This document shows positions 44,443 to 53,787 of a DNA stretch of 64,000 bases, piece after piece. Made by a program: the position numbers and the translations under genes. The first letter of the stretch is position 1. Each line of letters opens with the position of its first letter. Source of the stretch: Longimicrobiales bacterium (GTDB lineage: Bacteria; Gemmatimonadota; Gemmatimonadetes; Longimicrobiales; Gaopeijiaceae); assembly GCA_965238005.1 (NCBI GenBank), contig OZ250165.1:224001-288000 (forward strand). Direction: 5' to 3'. A model generated the notes under the pieces. It worked only from the letters and a program-made list of their open reading frames with translations. It made no database searches and was not told the DNA's origin.

Positions 44443-44760
44443 GGAGCAAGCGAATCCGCTGCCTGCTGTCCGAGGGGCATGGCCGTGTTCTCCGCGAGAA
44501 CCTATCGAGCTGGCTGTCTACGGTGGATCACGGCCATGCCACGTGGTGTCGGTGGCATCAGCTAGCGTCGCCCCAGAGACCGCCAGATCAGCGTTCTACT
44601 CGATCCACGAGACATCAGGTGAGAGCACCTATGGGCTGGGAGAACAGGCCCAACATAGAGGCGAACATAGAGTCTTGAGGGGGCCGGCGTCCCACCTCAG
44701 CCCGATAATCCAGTAGCCATGCGGGTTTCCCAGGAGTCTACGACTTTGCGACCTCTGGCT
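44443..44760. repeat. Element-end repeat copy A, with AACATAGAG doublet and 13-bp tRNA-Ala core
   Basis: Homologous to 48208-48316, 49308-49424 and 53352-53510; GCGACCTCTGGCT at 44748 equals 53671-53683. Confidence 0.75.
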
Positions 44761-44851
44761 CCTTTAGCAAGTGGCCAGTTTCCATCCCAGTCGAACAGTC
44801 CCACTTTGTGTCAGCCCTGGTAGCACGCATTCTCCCCCGAAATGTCACGCC

Positions 44852-45943
44852 ATGCCCATCGCGCACGCCATCTGGAAGGTCGGGGAGCGCCCCCTTCCGC
44901 TATCCCCTGGGCGCCTGGCAAGCGAACAACAGTTGGAAGAAATGATCGTGTCAGATCCCGGGATCATTTCGAGCGAGTGGATGCTCATCGGCCGACAAGA
45001 GGTGACCAGCCACGGCGGTCGCATCGATCTGCTCGCAATAGCTCCGGATGGCTCACTCGTCTTGATGGAGTTGAAGCGGGACCGTACGCCTCGCGAACTC
45101 ATTGCGCAGGCGCTTGACTACGCATCTTGGGTAGAGGATCTCGGTGCTGAAAAACTTGCACAGATGTATCGGCGCTTCTCCGATGGTGGCAGCCTGGATG
45201 ACGCGTTCAAGGAACGGTTCGGCGTCGACCTCGATGAGGAAACGCTCAACCAGTCTCACCAGATCATCGTCGTCGCGGCCGAACTCGATGACTCTACAGA
45301 GCGCATCATCGGATACCTCAATGCGCGTGACCTCGCGATCAACGTCGTCTTCTTTCAAGTCTTTGAGTTCGATGATGAGCTCTTGCTGAGCCGCGCGTGG
45401 CTCATCGATCCAGGGGAGACCCAGGCGAACGTCATCAGAACAACTAGGAGCAAGGGGCAGAAGGAGCCGTGGAATGGAGAATACTACGTGTCGTTTGGGC
45501 CTCTCCGCTCAAGAGACTGGGAAGACGCCCGTCATTTCGGATTCATCAGCGCGGGTGGCGGGAGGTGGTACAGCCAGACTTTGAGGATGCTGTCACCGGG
45601 CGATCGTATATGGGTGAATATCCCGAAGACTGGATACGTTGGCGTCGGTGAGGTGACGGAGGCGGTAACCCCAGCGGAGGACTTCAATGTTCGAACGGCG
45701 GAACGTGAGCAACCTTGTCTCGAGGTCCTGAAGCATGCGGACCTATACAAGCAGAAGATCCAAGACCCCGAAAAGGCCGAGTATTTTGTGCGAGTGCGGT
45801 GGATTGACACAGTACCAGTGGAAAAAGCGCTCAACGAGGTCGGGTTGTTCGGCAATCAGAATACAGTCTGTCAGCCGACAGCCCCCAAATGGAGGCACAC
45901 CGTTGACCGCCTGAAGACTCACTTCCCGAAGTGGCAGGATTGA
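44852..45943 (+). CDS. NucS/DUF91-like PD-(D/E)xK endonuclease with C-terminal PUA/EVE-like domain
   Basis: EQQLEEMI, IGRQ, GRIDLLA, MELKR, AQALDY; C-terminal PGDRIWVNIPKTGYVGVG. Confidence 0.75.
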   Translation: MPIAHAIWKVGERPLPLSPGRLASEQQLEEMIVSDPGIISSEWMLIGRQEVTSHGGRIDLLAIAPDGSLVLMELKRDRTPRELIAQALDYASWVEDLGAEKLAQMYRRFSDGGSLDDAFKERFGVDLDEETLNQSHQIIVVAAELDDSTERIIGYLNARDLAINVVFFQVFEFDDELLLSRAWLIDPGETQANVIRTTRSKGQKEPWNGEYYVSFGPLRSRDWEDARHFGFISAGGGRWYSQTLRMLSPGDRIWVNIPKTGYVGVGEVTEAVTPAEDFNVRTAEREQPCLEVLKHADLYKQKIQDPEKAEYFVRVRWIDTVPVEKALNEVGLFGNQNTVCQPTAPKWRHTVDRLKTHFPKWQD

Positions 45944-46064
45944 TTTCGTGAGTCCAGAGTAAGCCGGGCCTGTTGAACCCTGCGCGTTGGCATCCAACGG
46001 GTAAGGGGCCTGCGTCGAAGCGATAGAACCACGAAGTGACCGCTCGCCGAATTAGCCTACCCGG

Positions 46065-46850
46065 CTAGATAGCATCCGGCACCGGTGGCCAGTCAATCGA
46101 GAACTCATGACACACGGCTTGCCAGGTGGCCGCCCCGAGGACCCCTCCCGCAATGGCATCTCGCTCTTCGTCCGTCCGATGAGGGAGGCTCGGGATCAGA
46201 AGATCGGGCTGTAGCTGTTCATCCGAGGCTGCTGACCAATGCTCCGGCACCAGCATCGGGTCTGGGTCCTCCCCTTCCACCAGGAGTAAGCCAAGCACCG
46301 CGCGGCCAGCTGCGATCTCCCAAGTAGCGTCCATGTGACGAATGAGCTGACTTCGCTTCCTCATCCACGTCGTCTTGCTCGTGGTCGACCGTTCGGTGCG
46401 CTTCCCCTCCACCACGAGAACCACACTGTCGGTCTCAAGGCAGGCGTCGGGAAACGAATCGCCTTCGAGAACGAACCATTGTCGTCCACGCTCGCTGGCT
46501 CGGAGCCGCCTTAGCGCCTCCTGCACCACTTTCGGATCGCCGCTCGCCAGTGCCCGCCGTTTCCTCACCGTCTCAGGGTGACCGCCAGACTTGGCCACCT
46601 GTTCCTCTGAGACATTCTGGACCAGCCATTCAAGGAGGCTCAGCGGCGGCGCAAGGGGGCGTTCGTTCGACCCCCACCATGACTGATGGCCCGGGACGAG
46701 CACACCGAGTTGTACCGGGAGGGCAACATCAGCAACGCGGGATCCCAAGCGCACTAGAAGTGGAAGCCATGACCTACCGCTTGAATCCGACCGCAGGAGA
46801 TGGTCAAACACTGGGACCACCCGAGTCTTTGAGGAATCGAACTTGCCCAT
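46065..46850 (-). CDS. Putative PD-(D/E)xK nuclease
   Basis: EGDSFPDACLET...VVEGKRTE...QLIRH. Confidence 0.55.
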   Translation of the reverse strand: MGKFDSSKTRVVPVFDHLLRSDSSGRSWLPLLVRLGSRVADVALPVQLGVLVPGHQSWWGSNERPLAPPLSLLEWLVQNVSEEQVAKSGGHPETVRKRRALASGDPKVVQEALRRLRASERGRQWFVLEGDSFPDACLETDSVVLVVEGKRTERSTTSKTTWMRKRSQLIRHMDATWEIAAGRAVLGLLLVEGEDPDPMLVPEHWSAASDEQLQPDLLIPSLPHRTDEERDAIAGGVLGAATWQAVCHEFSIDWPPVPDAI

Positions 46851-46899
46851 GAGCCAACCCTGGGAGAATGAGTTACTCCGACGCTGGACAGCGCCTTGA

Positions 46900-48060
46900 T
46901 TATGCCATGATCTTCTCGACGGATTCTGGGCCAAAACCATCCCAAAATTGCTCCGTACGGTGCCAATCAATGAAGCGAAATCGCTCCTTCAGCACAGTCG
47001 CCTCATCCGTTGAAGCTGGACGACTGACAAAGCGCAAGGGCGTCTTCTTCAAGCCCGGAATGCCGGGATCATAGCTCTGGTAGTTGTCGACGACTTCGTA
47101 GAGAATCTGTCGTAGGTAATCATCGTGCGGAGGGAGGGAAAAGCCGATTATCGCGAGCCCGAAGTTGGCGGAGCCAGCGCCTTGGAGCCCGTACCAGAAT
47201 TCTTTGAGGGGGTTCACGTAAAAGAGCTTGGCGGTCGATGGTGCGAGGATCAACGGTGATTCGACGTTCAAGCGACAACGCTCGAAGTATGCATCAAGGT
47301 CTCGAACGCGGAAGATTTTCTTCAAAGGATCATCTGGAAATCGAGGACCTGAGGTGATCGGTTCTGGCGTGAACAATTCGGAATCACCGAAGACCGGATG
47401 CCGCGTGGCTGGATCAAGCCCAGAGGCCTTTGCACTTTCGATCTCCCCTTCGATGGGTCCCAAATCGAACCAGTCGATAGACCCGTGCAGCTTCAGAACG
47501 ATTACGTCGCTGCGGGCAGAATCCACTGTCGCGCCTGTTTCGCGAACCTCCGAGTAGAGGTGTGGGCATAATCGGTAAGGCTTGCCGACCCTCTCTAACG
47601 CAGTTTCGACCAGCGTGTCGTAATTGAAGGTCAGTATGTAGTCGTCGGGGAGGAGCGTGTCGACAAATGTCAGATACGGCTTCCAGGCGTCCGAGTTCAT
47701 CGCCTTTTGGCGTTCATGGAGTTCAAGGGAGATCAGGTTACGGACAACATGTTGGCTCTCGTTGCCGGTCGAGGTCCACGTATCACTCCCGCGAAGCCCA
47801 AGAAAATGTTCAAGGTCGAGAAATCCCATGAATTCCTCGAAATCGATCGTTTCCTCGGTGAGCATGACGCCCCCGCTGGCGGCCTTGTACTTGATGAAAC
47901 GCTGCAGGTCCGGTCGCAGAAAGCTCTCGTAGAAGGTGGTTTTCCGCGCGCGCGCAAGAACTGATGACCAGAGCTCCAGCCCAAGAGGCAATCCGGCGTA
48001 ACGCGAGAACCCAGCCCCAAGGATGATGATTCGAAACCGTTTGTTAGAGGATGGAGCCAT
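46900..48060 (-). CDS. SIR2-like (SIR2_2) putative NADase
   Basis: ILGAGFS, TFNYDT, KLHGSIDW, IIGFSLP. Confidence 0.85.
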   Translation of the reverse strand: MAPSSNKRFRIIILGAGFSRYAGLPLGLELWSSVLARARKTTFYESFLRPDLQRFIKYKAASGGVMLTEETIDFEEFMGFLDLEHFLGLRGSDTWTSTGNESQHVVRNLISLELHERQKAMNSDAWKPYLTFVDTLLPDDYILTFNYDTLVETALERVGKPYRLCPHLYSEVRETGATVDSARSDVIVLKLHGSIDWFDLGPIEGEIESAKASGLDPATRHPVFGDSELFTPEPITSGPRFPDDPLKKIFRVRDLDAYFERCRLNVESPLILAPSTAKLFYVNPLKEFWYGLQGAGSANFGLAIIGFSLPPHDDYLRQILYEVVDNYQSYDPGIPGLKKTPLRFVSRPASTDEATVLKERFRFIDWHRTEQFWDGFGPESVEKIMA

Positions 48061-48207
48061 TGTGTCAATCGGCCAAACGGTTCCTTGACCCAGGGCGGAG
48101 CGCCCCAAAGGCTGGTGGGTCTAATTCCAAAACCTTACAACGTGCCAATAGGACGAGCAAGCAAGCATTGGCAGGCGAATCCGTTACGGTGCCAACGATG
48201 GCCAATC

Positions 48208-48316
48208 CCCGCGAGAACCCACCGAGCTGCCTGTCTACGATGGATCACGGCCTTGGCGCCTGGTGTCGGTGGCATCGAACTGTCCCACGCCAGAGACCGG
48301 CAAATCAGCGCTCTTC
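48208..48316. repeat. Element-end repeat copy B
   Basis: CCGCGAGAACCCACCGAGCTG...GGTGTCGGTGGCATC...ATCAGCG. Confidence 0.75.
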
Positions 48317-48895
48317 CGTCTTGAATTGGGCAGCCACCCAGGCCTCGACGTACGCACGGTCGAGAATCGAGGCCGCCGCCCAAAGGTGCCACGCATGTGA
48401 ATCGAGGCCGTTAGCCAACTGGGCGTAGGCTTTGGGGCGAGGCTGCGCCAACCCCGCTTTCCAGTTCCGCAAAGTCGATGGGTGGACGCCGAGAACATCG
48501 GCGAGGCGGCCCTGGCTCGCGCAAAGAGCCCTCACCGCGTCTGGAACCGAATCAGGAGGTTGGAGGCCTCGCGGCACAGGGTCGTAATCCTCATATGCGA
48601 GATACGACAGCGGGTCACCGTCCAGAACCCGTTTTATCCTGAGCGCGACTGCCCACATCTGGGCGACATGGCGTTGGTGTACACAGAGCTCCGCAAGTCG
48701 CCGCCTGAAGAGTCGGCCCATCCCACCGGACGATGACCAGTTGCGGACTGTCCCTGGGGACAAGCCGAGGAAGTCGGCAAGCCACGCTTGCGGGAGGCAG
48801 AGCTCGTTCACGAAGCCTCCTGCCGCGAGATTGCGATAGAACTCCTCGACCCCATTGGTTACAGCGGCCACAATCGCAGCCGGCTGTTCGGTCAT
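48305..48895 (-). CDS. Protein with two XRE-like HTH motifs
   Basis: LADFLGLSPGTVRNW and LADVLGVHPSTLRNW. Confidence 0.6.
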   Translation of the reverse strand: MTEQPAAIVAAVTNGVEEFYRNLAAGGFVNELCLPQAWLADFLGLSPGTVRNWSSSGGMGRLFRRRLAELCVHQRHVAQMWAVALRIKRVLDGDPLSYLAYEDYDPVPRGLQPPDSVPDAVRALCASQGRLADVLGVHPSTLRNWKAGLAQPRPKAYAQLANGLDSHAWHLWAAASILDRAYVEAWVAAQFKTEER

Positions 48896-49307
48896 CGGGA
48901 AGACCTCAACCAGATCGTGCCATTCCGCACGGATATGGACAATTTATCATTCAGTCGAATCGCAAGCTCTCACGCGGGATATGTCCCGATGGGATCTAGA
49001 TCGTTTTCGGGCTAAGTCTTGGAACGAAATGGACAGATGCTAACGTTTTTTTGAAGGAGGCCAGCACGAGGAGGGTTACGAGCAGCTCGCTGACCAGATT
49101 CGATCCGAGGAACTCCCAGATCGAATAGAGGAGGGACAAATCCACGACTGTGGACCTAATGCATGCATCGTGAGATTATCATGGTGGACAATATAGCACT
49201 GATTGGCGAAGAGGTATAACGACTTTGGGCTTTAAGCTGCCGCACCACCATGCCCCGCCCCAGAGTGCAAATAGCAAGACGTGCGCTCTCTGACCCGCGC
49301 GGCTTAA

Positions 49308-49616
49308 CGGCCATCCCTCTTCTCCGCGTGAACCTACCGAGCTGGCGATCTGCGATGGATCATGGCCTTGGCCCCTGGTGTCGGGTCAGCTCACGTCGCA
49401 CCACATGCCGCCAGATCAACGCCTGATGCGTAGGGTCGCCGTGACACACATTGAGCCTCGTTACTCAGCTGGCAACCTCTGGCTAGCTTAGCTTCTTCAC
49501 ACACGCCCATTTTCACCAATTTCGCGCAGTTCTGGGGGAATCTTCGCTATTCTCCGGTAGATGGCTTCCCGGTTCTCACCATGTTGATACATCCGAACAT
49601 AGAGAGAAGCATAGAG
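49308..49616. repeat. Element-end repeat copy C with AACATAGAG/AGCATAGAG doublet
   Basis: TCTCCGCGTGAACCTACCGAGCTGG...; doublet at 49596-49616. Confidence 0.75.
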
Positions 49617-49725
49617 ACCCTTCCGTTGGCAGGCCCCAGGGTCGTCCGGTCCCAAGCCTAGCTCTCGCCAAGATTCACGGAAGGGTCGCACCCCCTACCT
49701 GGGACGCCCTCCGTCTTGCCCTACG

Positions 49726-51147
49726 TCACATATAGAAGCTGTAGCGTGCAGGAAGGTGATCTGACGTGCTCAGATAGGGGAGAATCTCCCCGACCTTGCG
49801 TGATGCCTTGAGTGTGATCGGGTCCCGGTTGTCGAACTGCGTGTCATTCCAATTCATCTTCGTCAAAGCGAGAACCTCACGCGCCAAGAACTCCGGTGAG
49901 TGATCTGAGCGGAAGATCTCGATCGAGAGCGGACGGGGGACGTACTGCCCGGGGTAGGTCGAATAAAAGTCGACCGACCCTCTTGTATAGAGGATGTTGC
50001 GAGTCGGCGTCCGTAGGAAAGTACCTCTGAGCGGTGGGTAGCGTCCGGCACGAAAGAGACGGGTGTTGCTCCGTCGAATCCACATGAGCGAGATGTCGTC
50101 GATCCGATGGTCCTCACATGCCGCCTCAAACCCGTCTGCTTCCGAAGGAAGGAAACGGGAACTCTTGTGCAGGACCAGACGCGCCGGATCCGTTCCGTGT
50201 TCCTGGCGATAGCGGTCAAGCGCAAGGCTAAGTAGCCCGTATGCGCCCTCCCGATCAAGGTGTGGTTGGCGGTCCTCCTTTGAGACCTTTGCTAACCCGC
50301 CGCGGATGATCAAGCCATCCCCGCGCTGACTGAATACCTGCGCAACGCTTGTGTGAAGCTGCTCGTCGCCCCCCTCGAAGAAGCTCACTCCGACGTAGCA
50401 AACCGAATAGTCATCGACAGCTGTCTGAATCCGCCATGGAGTACCGCCTGCCTTGTAGTAGAGCGCCGTAAACAGATTCCAGGCGCGCGTGGCCTCATCT
50501 TGGAGGCGTATTGCTCCCCGCAGCCTGACAGGCAACTCTTTCCGGTACTGCGGGCGATAGGTGGTTGGCAGAACGATCTGGATCGGCACTGGCAGCGCCT
50601 GCATCCCTCGCGCCTTTAACAGCCTTCGAAAGTCGAGCCCGTCGGCAGGTTCCTCATCCTCGGTCTTGTACCCCCGTAGCATGGCGCGAAGGATCTCCAT
50701 GGGAGGAGCACACACGACAACCTGAACGGCCGGAGACTCCGCCAACACCTCCAGTTCGCGAATGAAGAGCTCGACCGAACCAGCCACCAAAGCGTCCGGT
50801 GACGCCTTATCCGCTAGGCGTTCGAACTCCTTCTGTGGAATGGTCCTACAGTTCCTGGAAGCGACGTCCAACGTTGATCGGAAAGTCCGGTTGGAAGTGA
50901 ACCCAGGAAACCGAACGAAGAGCTGCGGCTGCGCGCTCTTCTTCGCCTCGATCGGGGAGGAACATTTTCCCAACCAGGTCGTCAGGTGCTCGACCGTCTC
51001 AGCTGTCCCGACTACCCCGAGTCGAAGAGAGCGCAGTTCTGTGCGATCCACGTCGAGGGGGCCGTGCTCCATGATCCCGAACCGGATATCCACGTGTGGT
51101 CCGGTCCCGAACTCCAGCTCGGGCTCAGAGAGATGGACCGCCTTCAT
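49726..51147 (-). CDS. Short prokaryotic Argonaute (MID-PIWI, catalytically inactive)
   Basis: EPELEFG, LQDEATRAWN..TALYYKAGGTPW, CYVGVSFF, HKSS, PPLRGT, ALTKMNWN; 473 aa. Confidence 0.92.
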   Translation of the reverse strand: MKAVHLSEPELEFGTGPHVDIRFGIMEHGPLDVDRTELRSLRLGVVGTAETVEHLTTWLGKCSSPIEAKKSAQPQLFVRFPGFTSNRTFRSTLDVASRNCRTIPQKEFERLADKASPDALVAGSVELFIRELEVLAESPAVQVVVCAPPMEILRAMLRGYKTEDEEPADGLDFRRLLKARGMQALPVPIQIVLPTTYRPQYRKELPVRLRGAIRLQDEATRAWNLFTALYYKAGGTPWRIQTAVDDYSVCYVGVSFFEGGDEQLHTSVAQVFSQRGDGLIIRGGLAKVSKEDRQPHLDREGAYGLLSLALDRYRQEHGTDPARLVLHKSSRFLPSEADGFEAACEDHRIDDISLMWIRRSNTRLFRAGRYPPLRGTFLRTPTRNILYTRGSVDFYSTYPGQYVPRPLSIEIFRSDHSPEFLAREVLALTKMNWNDTQFDNRDPITLKASRKVGEILPYLSTSDHLPARYSFYM

Positions 51148-52247
51148 TCGTCAAAAAAAGAAGGCTCTGCAGCATTATCGGGTGCAGGCAGTTCCTGCGC
51201 ACCCCATTCAGCCTCATCTAGGCTCACGTCGATCGGGATCTCCACAAGTCTACCGAAACGGATATAGGGGTAGCCGAGTCCGAGCGGGTCGTCCTCGTCA
51301 CTGAGTAGGCTCGCCCACATCACTTCGCGGGTCGGGGACTGTTTCAACGAGCGATATCGAGCAGTTCGGCCGGGGCCACCCTTCCGGCCAGGCAGAAAAA
51401 AGTAGTACCTGTGTTTAGCGTTCCATCGGACACCAAACTGATCAAGCCGAGATGAGAGGGAGTGGTTAAGTAGCCGCACGAAGTCCCGTAGAAGATCGGG
51501 GCTATCGGAGCGCGAAAAGTGTGCCGTTTCGATCGACTCCACAGTGCCTCGGTCTACAACGGAGCCCCACGGCTCAGCATCCAGATCAAGGAATGAAAAG
51601 ATCTTGCCTTCCTTGAGGAACCACTCACCGGTTGGGTCATTCTGACCATCTCGGAGGAGTTGCCAGACCTCTTTGTGTGTCGAGCATTCCGTGGCTGCAA
51701 CCTGAACGGAGGGGCCAAACTCGGTCACCTCGAGCAGATTGCTCAAGAGCGTCTCAGGCTTGGGTGGCGGCGAGAGGTACACTCCCAAGCCCTCAGGCCG
51801 CGCCTGTCCGGCAAGTTGAGCCGCCGCGCTGACGTCGAATCGGTCCTTCGACTTGTCGAATTGCACGCTTCGCAACGCACGTCTCTCCGGTATCTCAAAG
51901 TACGACTTCACCGAGACCCAATAAGCTTCATCGGTCTTGGGTCGGGTCACCACGAGAAGCACCGGCGCGTTTCCACCCAACCAGTATGCCAAGTCACGCT
52001 GATCTACAGGCCAGCGGAATGAGGACTCGGACTCGCTTGGAAAGGGAGCGTCCGTCGTCTTGACCTGCACCAGAATGACGAAGTTCGTGGCCATGCCGCC
52101 CTGGCCACGAAGCTCAATCGTCCCATCGATGCCCGCGTCGATCGTGGACGGATTCCATACATGGCCCATCTCGAGCACGACGCGCTCGACGAGGTTCACC
52201 CCACGCTGACCGAGGACAGTACTCTTGTGGATTTGCTTCGGTTTCAT
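51144..52247 (-). CDS. DUF4365 (DREN) nuclease-APAZ partner
   Basis: GQRGVNLV, IDAGIDGTIE, VQVKT, DLAYW, ETLLSNLL; ATGA overlap with the Argonaute. Confidence 0.85.
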   Translation of the reverse strand: MKPKQIHKSTVLGQRGVNLVERVVLEMGHVWNPSTIDAGIDGTIELRGQGGMATNFVILVQVKTTDAPFPSESESSFRWPVDQRDLAYWLGGNAPVLLVVTRPKTDEAYWVSVKSYFEIPERRALRSVQFDKSKDRFDVSAAAQLAGQARPEGLGVYLSPPPKPETLLSNLLEVTEFGPSVQVAATECSTHKEVWQLLRDGQNDPTGEWFLKEGKIFSFLDLDAEPWGSVVDRGTVESIETAHFSRSDSPDLLRDFVRLLNHSLSSRLDQFGVRWNAKHRYYFFLPGRKGGPGRTARYRSLKQSPTREVMWASLLSDEDDPLGLGYPYIRFGRLVEIPIDVSLDEAEWGAQELPAPDNAAEPSFFDE

Positions 52248-52407
52248 GCTAGGAACGCTAACGGCAACAGCCCATCTGAGAAGTCCTCGGAGGCGCGTAC
52301 CACCTGCCGAACAAAACGGGCGATCTGACCCACATCCGCAACGACGCGTAGGACCGGTAGGCCGCGCAGGGGCAAAGCCCGACCCCGCACAGGTCCGGGG
52401 TCAGGTG

Positions 52408-53175
52408 TTAGGCGTCACCCCCACCCAATAGCTCGCCGACCAACTTGGGCCGCCATACTCGGCCGATCTCCGAATCATCGCGGATCCGCCCTGAATACAC
52501 TCCCAAGAATGCTGTCACGCTTCCACCCATCCTTAATGCACCCCCCTTGGACAGATACCCACTGGAAGACTGGTACACCACCGGCGAACCAGACATGCCA
52601 CCGCGGGTCGTTGCGTCAATGAGGAACACAGGCTTGTCGTCGTAATTGATGTCAGGATCTGACGCGATGTGACCAGTCTTCCAAATCGGAAACGCGACCC
52701 CGGTAGCAAGGCCGAAGGGGTAGCCGATAATCGAAACGGCCATAGCCGGCTGAAGCCTGACATCGTGCTCGGCCAGCGCGAGGTCAAGCGGATACGTTTT
52801 GATTTCAGGGTCAGCCAAATCAAGCGGAAGCGCCGCGATATCGATCTCCCTTCCGCCGGGGTGTTCAATCCAGAGCGGCTTGGCCTCAGCATCAACCAGG
52901 GGCTGGCTCATGAGCTTCCAGCTACCAAGTTGCTGGGTGTGATGCACGATGACGATCTCGTCGGGCAATGCACCGGCATCGGAAAGCGGCTGATCCGTAT
53001 TGGGGTGCCTCCCAGCCAAAACATGCCAGTTGCTGACGAGATATGACCCTGTATCATCCTGGACAACGAACGCGGATGCTGTGCTTAGTAAGTTCCCACG
53101 CGCCCGCAATTCGACCCGGAGACTCACACAGCTGAGCGGATCGATCGTGATGACTTGTTGATCGGTCACCTGCAT
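52408..53175 (-). CDS. Trypsin-like serine protease
   Basis: LVSNWHV (His), IDIAAL (Asp), GGMSGSPV (Ser); no signal peptide. Confidence 0.85.
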   Translation of the reverse strand: MQVTDQQVITIDPLSCVSLRVELRARGNLLSTASAFVVQDDTGSYLVSNWHVLAGRHPNTDQPLSDAGALPDEIVIVHHTQQLGSWKLMSQPLVDAEAKPLWIEHPGGREIDIAALPLDLADPEIKTYPLDLALAEHDVRLQPAMAVSIIGYPFGLATGVAFPIWKTGHIASDPDINYDDKPVFLIDATTRGGMSGSPVVYQSSSGYLSKGGALRMGGSVTAFLGVYSGRIRDDSEIGRVWRPKLVGELLGGGDA

Positions 53176-53351
53176 GCTCCTGGGGGTAATGGCATATAGA
53201 ACAATCGTATTGCCACACCATGTGTGCCATATAGCACTCCGATGTCGCGAAACGCGAATAATGCCATTGTGTAGACCTTTTGACGCACACCGCTTGGGGG
53301 GCGAGCGGCTTGGTGGTCGTGCTTCCAAGACTCTACAGGGTGCTGAGAGCC

Positions 53352-53582
53352 GGAGCAAGCACGATCAGCGTAGCCTGCCTTTCTCTCCGGGGGCGTGGCC
53401 GTGTTCTCCGCGAGAACCTACCGAACTGGCTGTCTCTTGGGTCAGAAGGCCCGACCGATGGTACGAGGTGGGGTCAGCTCACGTCGCACCAGACCAGCGC
53501 TTCTCGCCCTGACGAGTGACCAGCGCCCGCCGTGGCGACTATCGAGCCCAATTACTCGCTCAACATAGAGAGAAACATAGAG
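53352..53582. repeat. Element-end repeat copy D with AACATAGAG doublet next to the tRNA 3' end
   Basis: GGCCGTGTTCTCCGCGAGAACCTA shared with copy A; doublet at 53562-53582. Confidence 0.75.
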
Positions 53583-53647
53583 ACCCCTTCGACCGTCATG
53601 CCGAAGGGGTCTCCTGTAACACTATTGCTCACAACGCTTTACATCAG

Positions 53648-53720
53648 TGGAGCCAGCCGGGATCGAACCGGCGACCTCTGGCTTGCAAAGCCAGCGCTCT
53701 CCCAACTGAGCTATGGCCCC
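53648..53720 (-). tRNA. tRNA-Ala(TGC), CCA not encoded
   Basis: GGGGCCATAGCTCAGTTGGGAGAGCGCTGGCTTTGCAAGCCAGAGGTCGCCGGTTCGATCCCGGCTGGCTCCA. Confidence 0.97.
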
Positions 53721-53787
53721 ATATTGTTATTCTGCAACGACTTACACTGACACTATACCGAAGCAGTGGGAACAATCTTGGTATAGT

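Noticed and set aside
49497..49691. Small ORF downstream of the Argonaute as a third component
   Set aside because: It overlaps the AACATAGAG doublet of a non-coding repeat and is probably spurious.
53250..53280. Possible third dif-like site (GCGAATAATGCCATTGTGTAG)
   Set aside because: The spacer is one base short and the arms match poorly.
44443..53582. Element-end repeats as a CRISPR or guide array for the Argonaute
   Set aside because: Copies are long, divergent and kilobases apart; att-end remnants explain them better.
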